A DNA stretch of 64,000 nucleotides from Lama glama (GCA_028534125.1 CM052817.1:78184001-78248000), one strand, 5' to 3'; counted from the stretch's first letter, positions 35,916 through 49,503 are shown. Notes: generated by a model not told the origin, from the letters alone. Made by a program: numbers and translations.

Positions 35916-38099
35916 ACAAGAAGAGAAGTGAAACATTATTGAAGCATTATAACTTCTTCCCATTGATTTCCAGTCTCTGTCATAACCAGAGACCTCTAGA
36001 GTTGGAAGGAATCTTAGAGATCACTTAGGCTTCCTGTGGCCCTTTATCTGAGTGGGGAAAAGAGATCCAGAGATGTACGATAATTTATTCAAATTCACAA
36101 AGCTAGGTCATGGTAAATTCAGAGCTAGGACTTGATTCTTGTGTCACCAAATCAGCATCAGGACTTAGGTACACTCTCTCTGAACCATGTCCTACCCTCA
36201 GTTCACCTGAGAACCCCACCTTCCACCCAAAATGTGTCCCTTTACGCTGAGCAGCTAAAGGACACTTGAAACTCCTTGTTTTCATCTGTGGCCCAAGCAC
36301 ACTGCCCTCGTAATCTGAACTCCAGTCCCCGTCTTTCACTCTCTCAGGAGATCCCAAACCCAAGGTGACATAAAATTTCTCTTTCTTTAACAAACTCTAT
36401 CTTATTGAGAGCGACCATAGCCCTGCTGATTCTGAGGTCAGCAACTCCAGCATCCCGGGGAGCCTGCTAAGCATCTGCCAAGAACGCTCAAGATCTGTCA
36501 AAATTGTATCTCCTTCAGAATGAGCTCTGAGGACATCCTGGGTCATCTGAACCAATTTCCCAAAAGTTTAATTCCCTGTAAGATAACAAGTCGTCCAGAT
36601 AATTTCTCTGCAGCTCTGCATTATATGTTGCCATTGCTCATTGCTTCAATCACATTGTTTTTTGTTTCCATGAACTCTCTTGCTTCTTTCCCTCATTACT
36701 GTCTTACTATCTTTCTTCTTCTCTTAAAGATTCCCACCAGTTTAATATAATGAACTCCAACTTCGCTCTGCTTGGAAACCCAATTGGTCCCAGTGGAAAT
36801 TCTTAACCCAAGATTTCAGGAGACCTAACAACTGTTAGAAATTTTTTGGAAAAAAAAAATGGTGTATGTGTGTATTTGCTTTTGTCTAAAGAATTAAGCC
36901 CAACTTTATATTCTCTCAAAAGACTGACAAGTAGAAAAATATTGAGATTGATTGTTCTATGAAATTAGACCCAAACAAGGCACTCAGTTTTTGCCTCTGT
37001 GACTTTTTGTCCCTCAGAAAGTTGGTTACAGCCCTTCTGGGCCCCCGCTGTCCACACACCTCCAGCACTAATCAGCCTATAGCATGGAAATACATGCCTC
37101 ATTTCTCTGTGGCGTGTGAAGCATCCGAAAGGATTCTCGCTAGTTTAGCCTGAAACTATGTATTGATGATTCAGTATAGGATGATTATGACTAAAAGGGA
37201 CACTCTTGACAGGACAATAAACTTTGATTGTTAAGTAAAAATCAGGTGATGATCACGGACTAAACACATTCTAAAAGGAGGCACTATCTTGATTGATATG
37301 CATTATGTAAATAGTCAACACAATAGTGCTAAAATCAGAGAACAGAAACAGCTCTCAAATATATATTCACCAGAGTACAACCATAGTGCTCAACGCACAA
37401 ATTTAAGATTAAGTAGGGGAAAGTGGCCAGCAGGGAGGAGAGGAGACTAGGTTACTCAAAAAAGACTGAGTAGCAGCCACAGGAGTACATTGCCAAATCT
37501 AGCCAGTGAAATAAACATTCTGTTTTTCTGATCAAATATTTCTCAGTTGTGTGCTGTTCTTAGGGACTGGTATGCTGGCTGTATTTTATGCAGTTCTAAT
37601 TAACTTTCAAAGCAATTTTCAGAAAGCAACAAACTGAGGAAAGATTGTATATAAGCTGGAAGTTTGCTTATTTATTACTTTGGTGAATGTGAAGACAGCT
37701 ACTGTATTTCCCTAGTAGAAATTATTATCAGCACTGTATCATTATAATATCGAATGACACCCCAGCCAATGGGCCTCTTTTTATTTATTTCAGAGTGAAA
37801 ACTAGAAAAGCATGAATAACCTGTTAATATATCCATGACTGATTAGTTACCTGATATTCAAGGAACCAGTTATGAATATCAGCCTCTGCTGTAACAAAAT
37901 GTTTCTTTCAAATTTATTTCTTCCATATACAATTAGGGTCATGAATCACTTGCCTTACACAGACAAATGCCAGAAAATAAAGGTGGTTTCAATACATTAT
38001 TGTTACTAGAGCAATCATTTGAACAAACACTCCAAGTTTTGAATCTTCTGGTAGGTGAGAAACTTTGTGTGTAGCTTTTTAAATGAGGCTCAAGGTTAC

Positions 38100-38205
38100 C
38101 TTACAACAATGGGCTGTAACTGATGTCCTGGTGCTCCGGGACGCTATACCAAAGTAGCAGTTACAATGACTTTCCTCTGTGTTTCCAAATGCTGAACATT
38201 GGAGA
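38100..38205 (-). pseudogene. End of ZP-C plus furin-like site, ZP1/2/4-like pseudogene
   Basis: ctaatagtag|...GTAAG|gtaacc; joins in phase to give GIFLQCSAFGNTEESHCNCYFGIASRSTR, compare 'VYLHCSA.VC....C...C...RXXR'. Confidence 0.6.
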
Positions 38206-38556
38206 CTACTATTAGAGGCAAAGTTGGGATCTCAGTAAGTTTTTAAGGAGACCTTGGTATTTATTTTGTGATATTTAGGGTAGAAATTTAATATTGAGTG
38301 TTTTCATCTTTGAACAATAGACGGATTTGAGTGCAGGCTAAATTCAGAAGGCATATTTTACACTATCTCAATGGCTACAATTCCATGGGAGGCAGGAAAA
38401 AAAAAAGATCTATTTTGCGATTATGGACAATGTGTACCCTGAGGTATTGAGTTACCAAGCAGATGAATATTTCCAGGACTTTTAGCTTTCCTGAACATCT
38501 GCTTTTCACAACCACATTTTAAGAGGGAAAAAATCTAAGAGACAGAAAAAACATAC

Positions 38557-38881
38557 AAAATCCCCAGGACAGGAAAATTTTCCTTCTCATCTCTTCCAGA
38601 AACCAGCACCAGATTCCAAATTGAAACCACTAACCACGTGAGGACATTTGCAGTGTTGTTGCTTCGCATCAGTCTTTGTGAAGTCTGGGGGTAGTGAGTG
38701 TAGTTTGGAAGACACCCTGCAGCAATCAGTTTCCAAAACAGAACAGAGGGAGGCCAAAAGGATCGGACAGATAAACTCTCCGCCTCTTCAGGAATCAAGC
38801 AGACCCTGTTCCACGTGTAAGATTTACATGGCAAGTTCTCAGTCTCTTGCTATATAAGGTGGTAAAAAGAGTTGGAGTCAC
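38557..38881 (-). pseudogene. ZP-C exon of the ZP1/2/4-like pseudogene
   Basis: ttttttacctag|...ATTTT|gtatgt; single stop in frame; LSVRSFWPPSVLFWKLIAAGCLPNYTHYPQT, compare 'L.L..CWAT...P.W.L.V.GCP...DNY.T'. Confidence 0.6.
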
Positions 38882-39210
38882 CTAGGTAAAAAAATCTGCA
38901 GACACAACGCTGGCTGTTGATAGAGTGGGAGATGCAACAGCCAGCCTGCCCTTCCATGGATGAGAAAAAAGCATGTCTTGTCTCACCATAAAGTCAAAGG
39001 ACTTGCCCCCTTTTCACAGTTACGTAACACTTCCCTGAAAAGTGAGTACACTGCCTACTTCATGTCGTGAGTGATAAGATGAAAACCCGTCCAGTGATTC
39101 CTGTAGACATGAGCTGGTCACACAGCTTTCCTCTGTGCAGTAAAAAAGAATCCTGCTCGAGTTAGCACTGAAAATATTTTCCCCCTGGACTTGAATACAG
39201 TTTTTATGGC

Positions 39211-39226
39211 TTATTATTACTACTAC

Positions 39227-39265
<39 letters not shown>

Positions 39266-39348
39266 TTTTAATGGAGGCACTGGGGACTGAACCCAGGACC
39301 TCCTGCATGCTAAGCATGAGCTCTACCACTGAGCTATTTCCCTTTCCC
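39211..39348 (-). mobile_element. tRNA-derived Vic-1-type SINE with (TTA)n tail
   Basis: Reverse complement reads atagctcagtggtagagctcatgcttagcatgcaggaggtcctgggttcagtccccag (A and B boxes); tail expanded to (TTA)n. Confidence 0.85.
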
Positions 39349-40864
39349 ACTTCCCTTGGATTTAAATTTCTTGAGTCACCTATTCTGAAAGATCTATCAT
39401 GTTTTATATGTCCAAGAGAGTTCACTGAGCAGAAATTTAATGATTTGAGTCAATACAGCCACCAATACAAAATCAGAATAGCATTCCATTACATATTGAC
39501 TTCATGTTCAGTTAGGAATACAATTATTCATAAATTCTAACATTATAATAGAAATTCAGTCACATCAGTTGTGGGATAATGACTCCCCTAAAACTCTGAA
39601 AGAATGAAGAGTCATAGAACTGCTAGAATGGTTTGGTGATCCTCAATTTTAGAGAAGGGGGAAAAGATGTTTGCCGAAAGTCTCAGGGCTTTTTCCTACA
39701 TCATCAGTTTACCCTTTTCTGCTGGAACATTTCCTCAATGAATATGCAACCAAGTTCTGGGATCTTCCTATTATTTAAAAAATAGTAACAGCTCCCTTCC
39801 ATCTCCTCTATTTCCACTTAGCACCACCATATTCTCCTGCTACCTTCACAGCAAAAACCTCTGGAGAGAGTTGTCTACCGGGGTTGTCATGACTTCGTCA
39901 TCTCAACATCTGTCCTCCACTCCCGCACTCACGCATCACTTCCAGCCACACTGTGGAGGCTGCTCTTGTTACGTCCTCCGTGGGCTTCCTGTCATTACCC
40001 CTAGTTTTTAATCCTCTTCCACGACTGACGTAAGAGCAAAATAGATATGTATTAAGAATCATTTTGTACATATTTTTCACTGCCTGCTATTTATATTATA
40101 AAAACAGTTGAAAAACACATTATCATATATCATTATATTGAACACTGTTACAGACATCACAAGAATACAAAAAATTAATTCTCTCAGTAAGTTTTCTTTC
40201 TATTTAAAAAGACAGAATAGGGAGACCTTCTGAAATATCAGGGCAATTATCGATTATATCCACAAAAGCAAAATGATAGAAACACAATTAATGTGTGTTC
40301 AGGTCAATTAGACTAAGGGACTAGAGGGAAGTACAAAGGAACTGGTACCTCAGGCAATTTTTCTGAAACAGTTTAATTTTGATCAGGACTAGAAGGAGAT
40401 AGTTAAAGGGAAGAAAATAAACTCCTTTACTAAACACCTGACATTACATTCCAAACAGCATACTGTTCTCTTTCCATTCAGCTACCTCCCATATTTCCCT
40501 CAGGATTCAGCCTACACAGCTACCACCTTGTCTGTGACCCCTTCCCTGTCTCTGAGTCTCAGACCCTCTCTAGTGCTTCACCATACGCACTGCACTGTAC
40601 TCACCTCATGATGGACCTGCCTCCTTCGCTGGACTGTGAGCTCGACTTCTACTGTCACCCATGGTGACACCCAAGCAGCAACTGACATCTAGCAGGTGAC
40701 CAACAAATGCTCGTTGTATGACTCTTAACGCACACAGCAGCCCTGAGACGAAATCATTTTTAATGATCAACATCCTGATTAATGTTGCAGAGGGGAAAAC
40801 CAAGAACCTTAGAAGTTAAAGAGATCCTAACTTTTAAGAACCCGACTTTATGTCAACCTCAAGT

Positions 40865-41020
40865 CTTTATTTTTTATACTTTTTGTTTTTGTTTTTTTGG
40901 TATGTGTGTATGGGGGCGGTAATTAGGTTTATCTGTTTATTTCATGGAAGTGCTGGGGATGGAACTCAGGACCTCATACACGCTAAGCACACACTCTTCC
41001 ACTGAGCTATACCCTTCCCT
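40865..41020 (-). mobile_element. Vic-1-type SINE
   Basis: Reverse complement reads gggtatagctcagtggaagagtgtgtgcttagcgtgtatgaggtcctgagttcc; degenerate target-site duplication (TSD) caag(t/a)cttta. Confidence 0.85.
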
Positions 41021-43386
41021 GCAAACCCAAGACTTTAAATCTGAAGCCCAAGCCTAGTTCACTCCCCCATGTTGCCTTCTCAGCAAGTATTGTTGGAAAA
41101 TAGAAGATAACTAATTCCAGGGATGGAGGTGGGAATTAGTAAATGATATAAGTGAGAGTCAGACATCAGATTGTTTTGTTTAAAGCACAGGGCCCCTGTA
41201 GAAAAATCATGGAAACTGTTGCATCTTATGTTTTGCCATAAGCATTCTGTTCTCTCCCTCTCTGCCCTCTTTCTGGGTGACCTCAGTGACTCCCATAAAT
41301 TCTGTCATCTCCTGTGTACTGATGATTCCAGACCACATCTCTCTTGTCCAGATTGCTCTTGTGAGGCACTGAACCAGACCCACCTACCCCTAGACATCTC
41401 CCTGGATGCCCCCATAGGCCACGTAACCTGATTGGGAAGCTTAAGAGTCTCTGTGTATTTTAAAAGATTATCACATTTTAAAATTAGACCAGATCAGTGT
41501 GTTCCTGAGGAAATTATTGGGATGGATGACTCAAGTAATAGAAGTCAGTTTTGTTTGTACATAAGGAGACACTTAATACGTCACTGAAACCCCACCTCAA
41601 TTTTTCCCAGCAGAATTTTCAGGAAATCTCATGTCCAGCCATGTGGTCTAACCACATCCAACTATTTGTCTTCCCTGACCATGCCCACATTTTTATGTTC
41701 CGATGTTCCTGCCATGTTGTCCACATAGATTATACACCTGCTCATTCTATCAGTCTGGGTCCACGCAGGAAAATGGAAACTACAGCTGGTATTGCAGTGG
41801 ACGGATTTACTACAGAGATCAGCTCACACATGCTCTGAAGGCCTGAAAAAGCAACAGGAGGAGACTAAGGTCATCCAGAAATGAGAACCGCAGGGACAGC
41901 TCCACTAACGCTGGGGGAACAAAAAGGTGGAGATTGAGAATATCAGCCCCAAGGAGCTTGAGGGAGAGGCTGGTAGAGCTGGTGCTCAGACCTCGGGAGG
42001 GGATCCCGCTTGCTGCTGTAGGAGCTGAGAGAAGGGGCCTGGGCTGCTGGAGCTCAGGACCCCGAGGAGCAGGTACCACGCAGCTGCTGCTAGTACCCCG
42101 ACAGGACAGGACGTGATTGGTGCTCAAGTCCTTTCAGAAACAGGACGTTGGAACTCATACTTACTCAGCTTGGGTTCCAAACAGAGGTCCGTCAGAAATC
42201 AGTGCCTGATATTCAAGCTCTAAGTGGCACCGCGGTTCCCAATCCCTGGCTCTCTCCTGTGCATTCTGTTCTGTGCACCGCTGCCAAGATGCTCTCTCTA
42301 ATGACACTAATCATGCAGCACACTTCCCCACATCCCTGTCGCCCTTCCTTGTTGACTAGCGTTTTAAATATATGCTCCTCTCTCTGGTGTGGGAGGCCCT
42401 CTACAATTGGCCCCTTTCCACTGCTTCCCTAAGGGCCTCCTATACTCTCATAGGATCTTGTTCTTGCTTAGAAAGCAGTGAATTTTCTGTCTTCAACATC
42501 TGATAGGCTGCAAGACTCAGCTTCATCTCGTCTTTGAATTTATTTTCAAAAAGTAATATGCACGTATGCGAAAGTAACCGCAGCCTTGATTTTCAAGGGG
42601 TCACAACCAGAGTCAGTGTAGTAGCTGCTGCACGATTAAAACTGCATAGTTTCAATGAAAATAAGGGGCTAATTTTAGCCAATTAAAACTTGAGTGACAA
42701 GTAAATGTGCAGCTAAGACTGAAAGAATTGAGCTCTGTCAATGCACAGGTTTACACCTTTTCTGATTTTCACCTACGTAGTAGACTGGTTAGAAGGGATA
42801 ATTCCTAAATTCTCAGCAATTCACTAAGATTCTGACTGAGGGCGATGTGCAGACACAGTGTAACGGGAGTTTACTGTGTGTGCCTTGTAGCATTTCCGAA
42901 AATTCTAGAGCAGCGTTTCCTTATTTGAACTTTGAGTTGCAAAACTAGCTTTCACCAGGAAAGGAAAATTTGCTACTTACCCTTGAAGGGTGTCTCTTTT
43001 ATGTGTGAAAACACTAAGGTGAAAATGTCAAATATTTCACATTTCCTTGAGCCTGTGAAATCTAAAGGGATGTGAGATTTTCTTTGATTCAGATGATTCA
43101 GATTGAAGGTACAGGACTATCTCCTGCCAATGGGTATCTGTTTTCATTTTACTTTTTAAAAGGCAAACATTAAAGATCTTGTTCTTTCCTTGAAGGTCTA
43201 AAATTACTGTTATTTCCCTTTATGTAGAAAAGATAAAAATTATCCTGAAACTATGAATTTGTGACTTAAAAAAAGGCAAATCTTGTATGACAGTCAATTG
43301 CTTACAGCACTTTAATTCCAATTTCTTTGTATAAGTTCAAGATCAACTAAATAATGAGAACCTAGATACAAGTAATCTTTTTATTT

Positions 43387-43546
43387 CTTTTTTGTTGTTG
43401 TTGTTGTTGCTTTTGTGGTGGGAGGAGGTAATTAGGTTTATTTATTTTATTTATTTATGTATTTATTTAATGGAGGTACTGGGGATTGAACCCAGGACCT
43501 CATGCATGCTAAGCATGCACTCTACCACCAAGATATACCCTTCCCC
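43387..43546 (-). mobile_element. Vic-1-type SINE with 18-bp TSD
   Basis: tRNA-like head; caagtaatctttttattt at both 43369-43386 and 43547-43564. Confidence 0.9.
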
Positions 43547-45751
43547 CAAGTAATCTTTTTATTTGCTAAGAATTTACCACATATCCAAATTATGCCAATC
43601 TGTAACGTATTCAGCTTCCAGAGTAAGTCATACATTCATTTAACCCACTGTGGGTGCCCACCTGCCACCTGCTCTATGCATAATTCCTTATGCCATTTCT
43701 GGAACCCTCCCAACAATTATGGATCACAGGGACAAAACACCACTCTGTTGGCTGAGGACTTGTTTGCAATGATGAGCTACACATGTGGATGAGCACTGCC
43801 ACAATTTAATGCTTCAGTTCCTCCTATACCCTTGAGTAGATGTCATCTGGTCCGAATTCTGCACCCCTTTGAAGAATGCATGATAGATAACTGTCATGTG
43901 GAGAGCAGAGACACTTGACCAGCCAATTAAATATTCTGAAAACAAGGAAGTTTATGTAGGTGAGGGTAATTAGTCTGAAAAATAAACTCAGAATAAAAAA
44001 AAACCTCAGGAAGTGGAAACTAGCCAGGATCCCATGTAAAATAAATAAATAAATTTAGTTGAATTTTGAAATTTGGAAGTTTAAAAGTCATTTATATAAA
44101 AGTTTTCTTAAGTTTAAGATTGTTTTAATAATGTCTGTAAGAGCAGGGTTGACCTACTATTATTGTATTGAAACCCCTTCACTTCAAGAAAACTTGGTTT
44201 GAAAGGAGCTCTTGACTTTCCAAGCCCTCTTTCCCCTCCTGCCAGCAGCCGTTTCACAGCAGAGTCCTTCACTAAGTACAAGTGGAGCTTCGCCCTGGGA
44301 GCAGTCACCTCTCCTTGCCTGCAGTCACCCGTTGCACCATTAAATGTGCTAAAATACATGCTTTCTGGGTTCTTCACGATAACAGGGCCATCACTTATTT
44401 ATTATTTAAAAAGAAAGGCATATTTTAAATTCTACTTTTCCACATTTAGTCTTATTCCATGTGGGATTATTTTAAACTTATCCTCAAACTATTCAAATGA
44501 AGCTAAATTACAAAAATGGGTGAGGAAATATATTTTCTTGATTTCCTAAACAAGATTTTTGTGCATGAGTTATAAGCCTGAGTGAAAGTTTCAGCTTATT
44601 ATTTTTGTATGTCCTACCATTGAGAAATTGTATCCCGTAAGAAAAATATTCCTAATGAGAATTCTTAAGGCTTTTCGTGAGTTGGAATTAGACGCTTCAG
44701 TCATGCTATAGACAAATTTGCTCTAAAAGAGCTTTTACTTTTTTTTTTTAATAGCAGAACTAATTTGGAAACTTAGAACTTCAGTGCAAAACAATGCCTA
44801 TGCAGATTATCAATAGTACTACCTTGTAAGTGATAATTCTAGATTTTGTATGGAAAAAAATCATTGTAAGTTTCATTGTGCCAGTCTTCTATAGTTAAAA
44901 TCAAATGATGTCAAACACTTTAGATATATTAAGTAAAAGGATTCCAAAATTACAGTCAGAGTGTAAAATACTTACCACACAGAGGAAACAGTACAACCTG
45001 AGAAGAGAAATGGGCTAAAATTGGGACTACGAGAAGAAAACAGTCACTAGTCCAATTTGTAATAAGATGCAAAAGCTTTACACCTGGAAATTATAACTGT
45101 CATCAAATTAAGAATTAATCTCTTATCCAACTGAGCACAATTCCAACTGAGCACAAAAAGTGGGAAAAACAATAAGTTGAATGTGAGAAACAGAAACATG
45201 AAAGTACTATTTTACATAACTATCAGACAATAACAAATTGAATCAAGGACCTGTATCTTCTCTTTTTGCAAAAGAAATAAATATTAGGAGCAGCAAGTCA
45301 GACTCTGAAAAAGATTTTCCTCCTGGTATTAATATATTTAAGGATTTTATAGCCTGGCCTCATCAAAGAGTAAAAGAAGTGTACCTGATTTCATTGGCAT
45401 TATGCTTGATTACAGCAGGAAACCAGTTAAAAGTCTTTATGCTTAGATTCAACAGCCATATTCTCACATTTTTTCAAAAATGTTAAGCAGATCTGTAAGG
45501 AAATAAGTTGGGAGACCATTTGAAAATGACAATAATAACAATACCAAATAGAGTATTAAGTTAGGCATAAGATCATTTTGGGTGTATTGTCACATTTAAT
45601 TCTATCAGATCAATATCAAACATAGAAGTAGATACTATTATGACTATTTTTCAAGTAAGGAAACAAATATGAATAGCTCTTCAATTTGGGATATGGCATT
45701 TATAATTAAGATGACTTTCGAGCTACCATTGGACTTAGAAGAGCTTATTCT

Positions 45752-46247
45752 TTTTTTTAATTAAGGTATAGTCAGTTTACAATGTTGTATCAATTTCTGG
45801 TGTACAGCATAGTGATTCAGCTATAAATATATATATATATATTTCTTTTCATATTCTTTTTCATTGTAGGCTATTACAAGGTATTGAATATAGTTCCCTG
45901 TGCTATATGGTAGGACTTTGTTGTTTATTTATTTTATATATAGTAGTTTGTATCTGCAAATTCTAAACTCCTAATTTATCCCTCCACCCCTCCTTTTGCC
46001 CCTTGGTAACCATAAGTTTGTTTTCTATGTCTGTGAGCCTGTTTGTTTCTGTTTTCTAAATAAGTTCATTTGTGTCATTTTTTTAGATTCCACATATAAG
46101 TGAAATATGATGTCTGTCTTTCTCTTGTGGGCTCACTTCACACTTAGTATGACAATCTCCAGGTTCATCCATGTTGCTGCAAATGGCATTATTTCATTCT
46201 TTTCTATGGCTGAGTAGTATTTCATTGTATATATATACACCACAGCT
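45752..46247 (-). mobile_element. 5'-truncated LINE-1
   Basis: tatagtcagtttacaatgttg..tttagattccacatataagtga..; flanking near-duplication ttagaaga(g/t)ctta(t/c)tct. Confidence 0.9.
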
Positions 46248-46449
46248 TTAGAAGATCTTACTCTGTTGTGGCTGTAGAAATTTGAATTTAAATGTAATCA
46301 TAGTAAGGTAATATAGAACTTTTTGATCATTAATGAGGAGGACACACTTCTGTGGTAATCACATGCAGCAAAATGTTTGTCTCTTCTTTACATAAAATGC
46401 ATCTGAGAAACCACCATAAATAGCATGTCCTAGCTTTTCAATAATTATA

Positions 46450-46680
46450 TTAGCTAGCATTTATTAAGTGCTTGACTGTTCCTGGCTCTCTTCCAAGTGC
46501 TTTACATATATTAACTCTTTTAATATACTACTACCTTATGAGGTAAATATTTATTATCTCCATTGTACTGAAGGGGAAACAGAGATAAAGCCACTTGGTC
46601 ATGTGACTCATCAGTGGCAGAGCCGAGATTCAAATCTAGGCCTTTTGATTCCTGAGTCTGCGTTCTTAACCATCATGTAA
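46450..46680 (-). mobile_element. MIR SINE
   Basis: tagctagcatttattaagtgcttgactg..aaggggaaacagag..gattcaaatctagg. Confidence 0.8.
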
Positions 46681-48930
46681 AGCCTCTTTTTCCACTGGCA
46701 CTAATTTAACCTAAAAAAATATTTCCAGAGATCCCACTACTAAAAGGGATCTGTGATTGGAGATGGAGAACACACACACACACACAATTACGGGACTAAC
46801 ACTTATTCAGGCCCGTCTCTCTATGCCAGGCCCAATGCTATATTACATAGACTCACATCAGAATTTCTAAGTCACAGAGTAAGGCTATCCCTTCCAAAAC
46901 TCAAATGATTCTAACAGCATCATAGTCACAGGCTGTCACACAGCATGCTTTACATAAGCGCAGTGCCTTGATCACGTCAACATCTGCTGCAGGTGGATGG
47001 GATGCCAGGTCTCCCCAACTCCACAGCTGATGATTTCTTCATTATGCTTTGCAAGAACTGTAAAATTTTTTTCCTGTTTAAATTATTTGAGGAAACAAAA
47101 TATAAACAAATAGAATAACAAAATATTTGAATACAGATTCAAGGCAACAGTGAAAGTTAAAAGCCATTACCTACTCTGAAAGCAAAATGGTTAACTCCCT
47201 GTACATCTGCAAAAAAAAAGTTACATATGCACATATACATACATACATATTTATATTGAAAATAAGAGAAACTTGCTATTTCTCTGTTCTTCTAGACTCT
47301 AGTCCTACATTTTTCATATTTACCCTTAAACTACTTACTACTTCCTAAATATTCCATATCCTTGAAATTTATTTGGAATGCCATTACATTCTTTGGAATA
47401 TTTTCCCATCATGAAATCCTTCAAGACAGTTTACCCGTCACCTCCTCAGAGAGTGCTACCCCAATTTCTCTACCATGTTAAGCTGGCAGTGATCATACTG
47501 TGTCGTACACATTGCTTTCTATACTTGTTTCTTACTAGACAGCTTGTTTCTTAAAGAACAAACCACGTTCTCTTGCTTATTTAAAAAATTATTTATGTCA
47601 AACATATTATCTTTGGTTTATCTTCTTCTAGAATTAAGGGGTCTGTATCATATTTTAATTACTGTAGGTGTAATTTTAAGTGTTTTAAGAACATTTTTAT
47701 ATATACTTTAGAGAATTTTGTTCATTTGCCTTTTTTTAGGTCTCTTACTGTCTGTCAATAACTATTTCAGTTCTGTCTTTTCTTATTGATGATTTTACTG
47801 CTGTTATCTCTGCATTTAGTTCTTGAGAAAGATTTCTTTCATCCATCTGCCTTTTTATCTTATTCATCATTCAGCAATATTGATTGAGCAAGATTATGAA
47901 AACAACAGTAATGAATCAATGATCCTTGCCTTCATAAAGCTTCTGTTTACATTCTGTGATTTCATACATGGCTTTCTCCTCCAGTACCTTCTTTTATTCT
48001 ATTAAGAGTACTAAATAGTTTTGTAACATTTTCTCTTGGTTCTCATATTGAAATGTTTTCAGAGCTAGAGGTTTGTTCTGAATGATCAGAGAAACACTCT
48101 ATTTCCTTTCTGCAAGTGAATATGCGTAGCTCCTAGTTAGATCTGTAGTGTCTACCATTTTTTTCAACTGCCGTGGCTCTTCTGCCCTGATCAAAATCTG
48201 CTCCTTCCCCTTCTGCCTGACTGTCAGCCAATAAAAAGACCAGTATCCGATGACATCAAATTCCTAGTCTAAAATCCTACAAGGCCTCTTCTTAGGTCTG
48301 CTTTGTTTTAAGCACATAGAGCATTACCACCAGTCCTCCCTCTGCCTCAATTCTCATCCCCACCTCTGACCCCCACCCAAGCCTCCTGTCCAGAGTCTTG
48401 TTGCATGTAGGAAGAAAAACACGACTGTGGACCAGTGTGTGTCAAATGAAGGAAGAAGCACTCCGACTGTCTCAAGAAAGCAGAACCCACACATTCAATG
48501 GATGCTTTTCACTCTCCCAGTTGATACAATCTTTGTATTTCTGAGCCCGCAGGTAAACACTGAGAGAATGACAGGGTTCCTAAATTCTTTAAGTCAAATT
48601 CTCAGTTTTCTGTATCCTTATGGGATACACATTACCCTGTGCAATCTACTTCCAATAAATGTGTTATTAATGAGCATTTTCAGATTCTGCCAGTGGTGGA
48701 TTACTACTTCTAGGGTTTATGATGAGCATTTTGATCATTACCTATGTCTTCATAATTATTTTAATGAGAAATTAGGAGAGACAGAACCAGAGCCTGCATG
48801 ATATATACCATTTTAAAACTGAAGTCTAGCTTTTATATTTAAAGCTGAAACATTCAAATTCTCTGATTCCCAGGGTAATAGTTAAGGTTGAAAATCAAAT
48901 AAGGAAGTAGCTTAAATTATGAAGCTAGAC

Positions 48931-49503
48931 TGTTGCTGTATCTGACATAGAGAACCTGTGAGGTTGAGAAGTGTAGGTGTCAAGAGCTGTGAATAATCTG
49001 TGAAGGGATATTACCTTAGATGGAAGCCAACCAATTAGCCTTCCACAGTTACATGAATGTGGCAAAAGACATGAGAATCCTGAGTTAAACACAACGGAAA
49101 GTTTATTATTCACAACAATAGTGGTAGCTAGAGTACCATCACTTCAACACCAGTTTCCTGAGCCTCCAGTCCCACAAAGCCATGTAACAAGGGCCAGATG
49201 CTTGCATCAAGGGTACATGCAGTAGCTCATGCTACAGAAGAGGAACCCCAAGTTTAGGAAACCCTAATATTTCATAACAGGCTAAAAGCAAGCCTGCCCA
49301 GCCTTTTCTCCAGAAGGAGACATTACTTTTATTATACTGGATAGTAAGTATGCTTCCCATTTGCTCTGGAAGGAAATACTATAACTTCCAAGACTGCATT
49401 ATACCAACATCCTTGAAAAGATAATCCAAAAGCAAAGACTGTCATTGGCTGCGCTTCTAAGATCTGCAGAAATATGAGAGATCCATGGAGAATTGTCTCA
49501 ACA
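48931..49503 (-). mobile_element. Solo LTR, MER21/MER77-like
   Basis: TG...CA ends with ccatggagaattgtctcaaca terminus; aagtttattattcac. Confidence 0.65.

Larger units (their letters stand above)
38100..44997 (-). pseudogene. Unprocessed ZP-module pseudogene, ZP1/ZP2/ZP4-like
   Basis: Region 42904-~42468 carries ZP-N motifs VGENQKRCKPV, PLENQGCG and LLFENK. Phase-consistent exons follow: 39167-39059 (C*LEQDSFLL..GRVFILSL), 38881-38557 (DSNSFY..SFW..WKLIAAGC) and 38205-38100 (IF|LQCSAF..C.C..RSTR). Small upstream exons 44997-44976, 44888-44823 and 43052-42981 are tentative. Confidence 0.65.

Noticed and set aside
36988..37149. Minus-strand segment with a CWRCVDSGG (thyroglobulin-like) motif, or a possible ZP3-like first exon
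   Set aside because: Several stops, non-canonical donor and no supporting neighbouring exons
39268..39348. tRNA gene (also at about 40945-41020 and 43470-43546)
   Set aside because: A/T-rich tails and, in two copies, TSDs show these are tRNA-derived SINEs
39020..39425. Poly-Ile and poly-Asn ORFs
   Set aside because: Translation of the (TTA)n SINE tail
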